A DNA stretch of 64,000 bases from the human T2T-CHM13v2.0 reference genome, Homo sapiens. Under the pieces are notes generated by a model. The model saw nothing but the letters and a program-made list of their open reading frames with translations, was not told the DNA's origin and searched no databases. Position 1 is the first letter of the stretch. Every line of letters begins with the position of its first letter. The translations under genes were made by a program, and so were the position numbers. Below are positions 55,390-64,000 of the stretch, piece after piece. Location of the stretch: the NCBI GenBank assembly GCA_009914755.4, contig CP086569.2, positions 19,296,001 to 19,360,000 on the forward strand, in the 5' to 3' direction.

Positions 55390-56290
55390 AAGAGTAGGAA
55401 TGTTATGTCAGTATTACTGGTGTTACATCTTTATGATGAGTGTTATATCAGTAACTGTGGGTGTTACATCAGTATTCTGGTTGTTCTATTTGTATTACAA
55501 ATGTTGTATTATTATTATGGGTGTTAATATTACAGGTGTCACTTCAGTGTTTCAGGTATATTTGTACCTCAGTATGATATATTGGAATTCTGAATGGTGT
55601 ATTGGTATTATTAGTGTTACAGTTGTATTACAGGTGTCAGGACAGCATTACAAGCGTTATATAAGCATTATGGATGTTTCATTTGTACTGTGGATTGCAT
55701 ATTGGTGTTATGAGAGTTACAATTGTATTATGGGTCTTAGATCAGTATTACAGATGTTATATTTGTATTTCGGATGCTATACTGGTATTATGAGTGTTTT
55801 ATTGCTGTTATGAATGTCACAGTGTCATTATGGGTGTTGTTAATATTATAGGTGTCACTTCAGTATTTCAGTTGTTATATTTGTACCGCAGGATGATATA
55901 TTGGAATTCTGAATGGTGTATTGGTATTATTAGTGTTACAGTTGTATTACAGGTGTCAGGAAAGCATTACAAGGGTTATATAAGTGTTATGGATGTTTCA
56001 TTTGTATTGTGGATTGCATATTGGTGTTATGAGAGTTACAATTGTATTATGGCTCTTAGATCAGTATTAGGGATGTCATATTTGTATTTCGGATGCTATA
56101 CTGGTATTATGAGTGTTTTATTGCTGTTATGAATGTTACAGTGTTATCACGGGTGTTAGATCAGTATTTCAGGTGTTACATTAGTATTACAAATGTCACA
56201 TCTGTATTATGGGTGATATAATTATTTACAGATGTTATATTTCTATTACAGATGTTATATGACAGATGATACATTTGTGTCAGGAGGCCA
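55390..56290 (+). repeat. Two-level minisatellite: subunits of about 20 bp arranged into a unit of about 323 bp, with at least 2 full and 2 partial copies
   Basis: 'g(t/g)gttacagttgtattacaggtgtcag...' subunits. The block 55519-55841 recurs at 55842-56160 with only scattered substitutions. ORFs 55247-55813 and 55794-56132 are near-identical repeat products (...MGVNITGVTSVFQ.YLYL.MIYWNSEWCIGIISVTVVLQVSG.HYK.YIS.MDVSFVLWIAYWCYESYNCIM...). Confidence 0.85.
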
Positions 56291-56689
56291 CTGTATGGAC
56301 CTGGCATTGTGGCCACACCTTGGGTGTGGGGAAGGACGTTGGGTTGCATTAAAGCCATTTGATTTTTATTGTTTAATTTTCCACACGAAGCCCTTCCACT
56401 GGTCCCTGATTTCAGCAGTCAGCCTCCAGCTGTCCCTCAGCAAGGCGGTGTTGCTCTGGTCTGTACTGAGGAGAAGGCAGCTGTAGCCCTCGGGCAACAC
56501 GAGCTGAACCCGATGGTGCTCCCAGGGTCAGAAAAGGCGGACTCATGCTCCCCCTGCTGGCAGCCAGAAGAACTGCAAGACCCCCATGGTCAAGGTGAGG
56601 CAGCCGTGCGCCCCCTTCTGGCTGAACTGCGGCACCAAATAAAAGCAGAGTTCAGATTGTTCAGTGCCATCATTTTGGAAATTCAAACG

Positions 56690-57540
56690 GAAATGTTGCC
56701 TATTATCCTGTTTCGTAAATTATTATTTATTTTAGGTTCAGGGGTACATGTGAAACTTTGTTATGTAGGTAAACTCGTGTCATGGGGCATTGTTGTACAG
56801 ATTATTTCATCACCCAGGTATTAAGTCTAGTAATTAATAGCTATTTTTCCTGCTGCTCTCTCTTTTCCCACCTTCCACCCTCAAGTAGGTCTCATGTCTA
56901 TGGTTCCCTTCTTTGTGTTCATGAGTTGTCATCAGTTAGCTCCCACTTCTAGTGAAAACATGTGGTATTTGGTTTACTTTTCCTACATTAGTTTGCTAAA
57001 GATAATATCCTCCAGCTCCATCCATGTTCCCTCAAAAGGCATAATTGTATTTTTTTTAATCTCTGCATAGTATTCCCTGTGGGCATGTACCACATTTTCT
57101 TTAATTCAATCTGTCATTAATGGGTAGTTAGGTTAATTCCATGTCTTCTGTTGTGAATAGTCCGCAGTGAACATTTGCATTCGTGTGTCTGTGTGGTAGA
57201 GTGATTTATATTCCTCTGGGTATGTATCCAGTAATGGGATGGCTGGGTTGAACAGTAGTTCTGCTTTCCAGTCTTTGAGGAATTGCCCTACTGCTTTGCA
57301 CAACAGTTGAACTAATTTACATTCCTACCAACAGTGCATAATTATTCCTTGGTCTCTATAACCTCACCTGCATATATTATTATTTTACTTTATGATAATA
57401 ACCATTCTGACAGATAGGAGATGATATCTCATTGCTCTTTTGATTCGTGTTTCTTTAATAATCAATAATATTGAGCTTTTTAAAATAAGTTTTTTGGCTG
57501 CCTGTATGTCTTTTGAAAAGCGTCTGTTCACACTTCTCAA
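56690..57540 (-). mobile_element. L1PA-type LINE-1 3' segment (antisense)
   Basis: Starts with the reverse complement of the L1 3' end ('ttttaggttcaggggtacatgtgaaactttgttatgtaggtaaactcgtgtcatggggcattgttgtacagattatttcatcacccagg...'). It continues through ORF2 C-terminal antisense to 'ttttggctgcctgtatgtcttttgaaaagcgtctgttcac'. Confidence 0.8.
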
Positions 57541-57620
57541 AAGAAGACATTTATGCAGCCAACAGACATATGAAAAAATGCTCATCATCACTGGTCATTA
57601 GAGAAAAGCGCCCATCAACC
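57532..57620 (+). mobile_element. Short inverted (sense-orientation) L1 ORF2 piece forming a palindromic junction
   Basis: 'acttctcaaaagaagacatttatgcagccaacagacatatgaaaaaatgctcatcatcactggtcattagagaaa' is sense L1 ORF2 ('...[25 protein letters not shown]'). Its first 30 nt are the reverse complement of the preceding antisense L1 bases. Confidence 0.6.
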
Positions 57621-60600
57621 CATCATCTACATTAGATATTTTTCCTAATGTTATCTCTACACTATCCCACCACCCACCACCATGTTATGTTTTCCTCTCT
57701 GTGTCCATGGGTTCCCATTGTTCAACTCTCATGTAAAAATGAGAACCTGTGGTGTTTGGTTTTCTATTTTTCTGATAGTTTGCTGAGAATGATGGTTTCC
57801 AGCTTCATTCATGTCGCTGCAAAAGACATGAACTCATCCATTTTTGTGGCTGCATACTGTTCCATGGTGTATATGTGCCAGCTTTTCTTTATCCAGTCTA
57901 TCATTGATGCACATTTGGGTTGGTTCTAAGTCTTCACTACTGTGAATAGTGCTGTGATAAACATACATATGCATGTGTCTTTATAGTAGAATGATTTATA
58001 GTCCTTCGGTTATATGCCCAGTAATCAGATTGCTGGGTCAAATGGTAATTCTAGTTCTAGATCCTTGAAGAATCACCACACTGTCTTCCACAAGGGTTAA
58101 ATAATTAACACGCCCACCAACACTGTAAAAGCCTTCGTATTTCTCCACATCCTCTCCAGCATCTGCTGTTTTCTGACTTTTTAATGATCGCCATTCTAAC
58201 TGGAGTGAGATGGTATCTCACTGTGGTTTTGATTTGTATTTCTCAAATAATGAGTGATGATAAGCATTTTTTCATATGTTTGTTGGCTGCATCAAAGTCT
58301 TCTTTTGAGAAGTGTCTGTTCATATCCTTTGCCCACTGTTTGATGAGGTTGTTTGGTTTCTTCTTGTAAACTTGTTTAAGTTCCCTGTAGATTCAGGATG
58401 TTAGTCTTGTTTCAGATAGATAGATTGCAAGATTTTTCACCCATTCTGTAGGTTGTCTGTTCACACTGAGGATAATTTATTTTGCTGTGCTGAAGCTCTT
58501 TAGTTTAATTAGATCCCATTTGTCAATTTTGGCTTTTATACCATTGCTTTTGGTGTTTTGGTTTTGCACATGCTTATGTCCTGAATGGTATTGCCTGCGT
58601 TTGCTTCTAGGAATTTTATGGTTTTAATTCTTACGTGTAAGTCGTTAATCCGCCTTCAGTTGACTTTTGCATAAGGTGAAAGGATGGGGTCCAGTTTCTG
58701 TTATCTGCATATGGCTAGCCAGTTTTCCCAATACCATTTATTAAAGGGAAAATCTTTTCCCCATTGCCTGCTTGTTTCAAGATTGTCAAATATCACATGG
58801 TAGTAGATGTCACATGGTAGTAGATGTGTGGTATTATTTCTGAGGCCACTGTTCTGTTCTATTGGTCTATATATCTGTTTCGGTACAAGTACCATGCTGT
58901 TTTGCTTACTGTGGCCTTGTAATGTAGTTTGAAGTCAGGTAGCGTGATGCCTCCAGATTCATTCTTTTTGCTTAAGATTGTCTTGTCTATGCAGGCTCTT
59001 TTTTGGTTTCATTTGAACTTCAAAGTAGCTTTCTTTTTCCAATTATGTGAAGAAAATTAATGATAGCTTGATGATGATAGCATTGAATCTATAAATTACT
59101 TTGGGCAGTATGGCCATTTTTCCAATATTGATTCTTCTATCCATGAGCATGGAAGCTTTTTATTTTTCATCTCTTTTTATCTCTCTTATTTCCTTCAGCT
59201 GTGGTTTGAAGTTCTCCTTGAATAGGTTCTTCACATCCCTTGTTAGTTGTATTCCGAGGTATTTTATTCTCTTAGTAGCAATTGTGAATGGGAGTTTACT
59301 CATGATTTGTCTTTCTGTTCTCTCTTATTGTGTGTAGGAAAGCTTGTGATTTTTGCACATTGATTTTGAATCCTGAGGCTTAGCTGAAGTTGCTTACCAG
59401 CTTAAGGAGATTTTATGCTGAGATGATGGGTTTTCTAAGTGTACAATCATGTCATCTGCAAACAGAGACAATTTGACTTCCTCGCTTGTGATTTGAATGT
59501 CCCTTATTTCTTTTTCTTCCCTGATTACCCTGGCCAGAAGCTTCAAATACTAGGTTGAATAAGAGTGGAGAGAGAGTGCATCCTTGTCTTGTACCAGTTT
59601 TCAAAGGGAATTCTTCCAGTTTTTGCCCATCAGTATATTGGCAGTGGGTTTGGCATAAGTAGCTCTTATTGTTTTGAGATATATTCTGTACATTTCTACT
59701 TTATTGAGAGTTTTTATCATAAAGCGGTGTTGAATTTTGATGAATGCCTTTTCTGCATCTATTGACATAATCATGTGGTTTTTGTCACTGGTTCTGTTTA
59801 TTTGGTGCATTAGGTTTATTGATTTGCATATGTTGAACCATCTTTGCATTTCAGGGATAAAGCTGACATGATCGTGGTGGATAAGCTTTATGATGTGCTG
59901 CTGGATTGAGTTTGCCAGTATTTTATTGAGGATTTTCACATCAATGTTCATCAGGGATACTGGCCTGAAATTTTCTTTTTTTGGTGTGTCTCTGCCAGGT
60001 TTTATTATCAGGATGATGCTGGCCTCATAACATGATTTATGAAGGATTTCCTCTTTTTGCATTTTTTGTAATAATATCAGAAGGAAGGGTATGAGTGCCT
60101 CTTGTTATGTCTGATAAAATTTGGCTATGAATCTGTCTGGTCCTGAATTTTCTTTCTTGGTAGGCTATCAGTTACTGCCTCAATTTCAGAATTGTTAATA
60201 GACTATTCATGGATTTAACTTCTTCCTGGCTTAAACTTGGGAGGGTGTATGTGTCCAGGAATTTATCCATTTCTTTTAGATTTTCTAGTGTATTTGCATA
60301 GAGGTGTTCAGAGTATTATCTGATGATCAGCAATGATATTCCCTATGTCATTTTTTATTGCATCTATGTGATTTTTCTCTCTTTTCTTCTTTGTTAGTCT
60401 GGCTAGTGGTCTATCTATATTGTTGATCTTTTCAAAAAACCAGCTTACGGATTTATTGATTTTTGAAAGGTTTTTGTGTCTCTGTCTTCTTCAGTTCTGC
60501 TCTGATCATAGTTATTTTATGTCTTCTGCTAGGTTTTGTATTCGTTTGCTCTCACTAAACTAGTTCTTTTAATTTTGATGTTAGGGTGTCAATTTTAGAT

Positions 60601-62215
60601 CTTTCCTGCTTTCTCTTTTGGGCATTTAGTGCTATCAGTTTTTCTCTAAACACCATTTTAAATGTGTCTCAGAGTTTGTGACACATTGTGTCTTCATTCT
60701 TATTGGTTTCAAAGAACATCTTTATTTCTACCTTATTTCAGTATTTACCCAGCAATGATTTACAGCCTGCTCCTAAATGTTCAGTTTCTATGTAGTTGTG
60801 CAGGTTTGTGTGAGTTTCTGAATCCTGGGTTCTCATTTCATTGCACTGTGGTCTGGGAGGCTCTTTGCTATAATTTCCATTCTTTTGCATTTGCTGAGGA
60901 GTGTTTTCCTTCCAATTATGTGGTCAGTTTTTGAATACATGTTATGTGGAACTCAGAAGAATGTATATTCTGTTGATTTGGGGGTGGATAGTTCTGTAGA
61001 TGTCTATTAGGTTTACTTAGTCCACAGCTGAGTTCAAGTCCTGACTATCCTTGTTAATTTTCTGTCTCATTGATTGCTGGCTATTCTTTCTCTGAAGCTA
61101 TATCCTCAAGGGGCATCTGTCAGATGCTAGCCAGTGCTCTCCAATACAAGGTGTCTGTCGGCCCCTGCCAGGAGGTGTCTCCCAGTCAGGATACACAGAG
61201 GTCAGGGATCCACTTGAGAAGGCACTCTGACCATTAGCAGAGCCAGTGCACTGTAATGGGAGGTGTGCTGCTCCTTCAGAGCCATCAGGCGGGGATGTTG
61301 AAGTTTGCTGAAGCTGCATCCATGGCTTCCTTTTCCCCCAGGTGCTCTGTCCCAGGGAGATGGGGGTTTTATTTGTAAGCCCCTGACTGGGGCTGCTATC
61401 ATTTGTTTCGAAAATACCCTACCCGGAGAGAAGAAATCTGGCAGTCTGGCCACATCAGCCTTGCTGAGCTGCAGTTCAAACTTCTCTGAGGCTTTGTTTA
61501 CACCATGAGGTAAAGCAGCCTACTCAAGCCTCAGCAACGGAAGATGCCCATCCCCCCACCAAGCTCCAGTGTCCCAGGTAGATCTCAGACTGCTGCTGTG
61601 CTGGCAGCGAGAATTTCAATCTGGTGAACCATAGTTGGATTGCCACCATCGGGGATGGCACCTGCTAAGCCAGATCACTTGGCTCCTTGGCCTCCGCACT
61701 CCTTTTCAGGGGAGTGAACAGTCCTGTCTCCTTAGCATTCCAGGCACCACTGGGGTAATAAAAACAACAACAACAACAACAACAAAACACTCCTACAATT
61801 AGTTCATTGTTTTTTCTAACAACCCCATTTTTGTGCTTGAAACCCACGGCCCTCATGGTGCAGTTACCAAACGCAATCTCCTGGTCTGCAGGTTTTCAAG
61901 ACCATGGGAGAAGCACATTTTAGGCACAGGGTGCATGGTTCCTCAGGCTAACTCCCTCACAGCTTCTCCTGTGTAAATGAGAAAATTTCCCGACCCATTA
62001 GGCTTCCCGGGAGAGGTGATGACCTACCCTGCTTCAGCTCACACTCCATGGGCTGCAGCCACCATTCAACCAGTCCCTATCAGATGAACAGTGTACCTCA
62101 GGTGGAAATGCAGGAATCACTCACTTTCTTCATCAATCTCCCTGGGAGCTGCAGTCTGGAGCTCTTTTTCTTCAGACGTCTTGCCAGCAATTCCCCCTTT
62201 CCTGTTTTTTTCTTT
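57620..62215 (-). mobile_element. L1PA-type LINE-1 (antisense) running from near the 3' end to the 5' UTR start
   Basis: Begins about 90 nt inside the L1 3' UTR ('gcgcccatcaacccatcatctacattagatatttttcctaatgttatc...'). It runs through ORF2 and ORF1 antisense. It ends with the reverse complement of the L1 5' UTR start ('...cagtgtacctcaggtggaaatgcaggaatcactcactttcttca...ctgggagctgcagtctggagctc'), followed by a poly-T flank. The ORFs are disrupted. Confidence 0.9.
59601..60062 (-). pseudogene. L1 ORF2 reverse-transcriptase domain remnant
   Basis: '...[93 protein letters not shown]...' is the L1 RT consensus. Confidence 0.85.
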
Positions 62216-63382
62216 TTTTTTTTTTAATGGTGAAGGAGCCATTAACTGGAAATGTAAAACTATGCAAATTCTAGAAGAAAGTACAGAAAGAAATTTATGT
62301 GACCTCAGGTTTGGTCATAAGTTTTAACAAATGACACCAAAGCTGATCAGTAATGGTAAAAATAATTAATAATATTAGTTTTCTTATATTAATAGTTTGT
62401 ACTCTGAGTAAAATCTTATTCAGGAAATAGAAAGATAAGCAAAAGACTGAAAAGAAATATCTGCAAAATACAGATCTAAGCAAGAACTTGCACTGAAAAT
62501 ACACCGATCTTGAAACTCAAAATTAAGATATACTACCCAATTAACAATGAGTAAAGAGCTGAACACACCAATGAAAATACACCGACAGAAAGCAAACAAA
62601 AAGTTGCTCAAACTCATATATCTTTAAGGGACTGAAAATTACAACAATGAGATAGCATGGCCCATTTATATTTGTTGGAACGGCTAAACCATTTTTAAAA
62701 CATGACAAATGATTTGCTGGAGGGAAAACAGGAATTCATTCATTGCTCGTGGAATGCACAATGGTGGAGAAAAAAAGAACTCACATTCTCAAATTAATCT
62801 GAAAACCTCTTTCTCACCTCTACCATGCACAGAAGGAGCTATCTGGTCTACCTTTTGATGACAGACACGAGATTCAATGTAATCTGTGCATTCGCCAGCA
62901 GCAGTTGGGATCCAGGCAGAAATTAGATGGGCCCCACAATCAAAGTCATCTAAGAACTTTTTAATAAAGAGTGACTTATTCAAGGTACTCACAATAGATG
63001 GCAGAGTTCCCGGGGATAGTAGCAGGATGACACTCTTAGCACTCCTTGGGAGTGAGATTTAAAGGAGGGAGAAATTCTCAGCAATGGAGAGAGGCGGATG
63101 GTGCAGAGAACTTGAAAGATGTCATCACAGGAACTATGACGTCACTTGGCCTTGAGACACAGCAGCAAGTCCAGTGCCACTGTATGCGTAGGCTGGTGTC
63201 CCCACTGGCCAAACCCAATCAGCAGGTAGAGGGCAAAAAATGTCTTGATACCACCTAGAGGCAGGTTAGCAGAGTTTAATCCAGAAATTTTAATTTTATA
63301 AATCTTCCCAATTTAAGCCTCCCCTTACAAGGACAAAGCATAGTTTTATAATACTGACCTAGTATGAATCACTAAAACATGC

Positions 63383-63600
63383 AAGCCGTGCACAGTGGAT
63401 TGCGCCTGTAATCTCAGCAACTCATGAGGTGAGGCTGGTGGATCATTTTGGTCAAAAGATTGAGACCAGCCTGGCCAATGTGGTGAAACCCTGTCTCTAT
63501 TAAATATTCAAAAATTTGCCGGGTGTGGGTGGTGCATTCCTGCAGTCTGAGCTACTTGGGAGGCAAAGGCAGGAGAATTGCTTGAACCTAGGGGGTGGAC
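63383..63600 (+). mobile_element. Alu, 3'-truncated or diverged
   Basis: 'gccgtgcacagtggattgcgcctgtaatctcagcaactcatgaggtgaggctggtggatcattttggtcaaaagattgagaccagcctggccaatgtggtgaaaccctgtctctattaaa...'. Confidence 0.85.
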
Positions 63601-64000
63601 ATATGGTTTAGGAGATGCATGTTTTCATTTTATTCTCTTCCAATTTTTCTTCTTTTAGTAGTAAATAGTCATCCATCTCTTAAACATTTTCATTCAGCAT
63701 ATGTTTGTTTTGTTATTGCCAAAGACTGTGCTTTGACAGACATTAAGTCAACCTGAAACTTAAAAAGGAAATTTTACAATTGAATGATGACTTCATAGTG
63801 AGCAAAAATAAAAGCTTGCAGGCTCCTTTAGGCATAGTGTCACAATTTAACTAAGGTCAGTAAACAGATGTCTGAATCTCTGCAAAAAAAGGCCAAACTA
63901 CAGTAACAGAAATTGTCTTCTGCCCTACAACTGGGGCAGAGGAAGTTTTATGGACCACATCCCATGAAGCAAGTCCTTCTAAGATTATCACCCCATTTTT

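Noticed and set aside
55247-56132. Two long plus-strand ORFs (188 aa and 112 aa) with near-identical peptides
   Set aside because: They lie entirely inside the 323-bp higher-order minisatellite. Their low-complexity, V/I/Y/G-rich composition and the duplication follow from the repeat. There is no start context or domain.

Overview
This window reads as primate, human-type genomic DNA: AT-rich, CpG-depleted and dominated by interspersed repeats. There are no bacterial or phage-type genes, no CRISPR array, no rRNA or tRNA genes, and no intact protein-coding ORF. Every long ORF in the six-frame track is either a decayed retro-element protein or a by-product of repetitive sequence. Content by region:
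- Alu elements: about 13, in both orientations.
- L1 copies: several, including a full-length-like antisense L1PA at about 57.6-62.2 kb, an antisense L1 at 18.6-23.0 kb carrying an Alu insertion, and a nested stack at 26.3-30.7 kb in which an L1PB-like copy sits inside an L1M-like copy.
- Hsmar2-like mariner relic at about 9.7-10.9 kb.
- Gammaretrovirus-like endogenous retrovirus at 30.7-41.6 kb, the largest organised unit. It has a 5' LTR, a tRNA-Ile-type primer-binding site (pointing to the HERV-I/HERV-IP lineage), and frameshifted gag, protease, RT-RNaseH and env remnants. Integrase is largely deleted at a (TA)n tract, and a separate betaretrovirus-like RT fragment lies in its 3' region.
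- Degenerate (CCCTAA)n telomere-like block of about 3.2 kb at 46.9-50.1 kb.
- Two-level minisatellite at 55.4-56.3 kb, with a unit of about 323 bp built from subunits of about 20 bp.
- Inverted L1 junction (short palindrome) at about 57.5 kb.
- GC-richer unique segment at 56.29-56.69 kb with splice-site-like and AATAAA motifs.
I found no evidence of a novel gene system. The interest here is structural (an ancient telomeric array, a minisatellite and nested retroelements), and I flag it as such.
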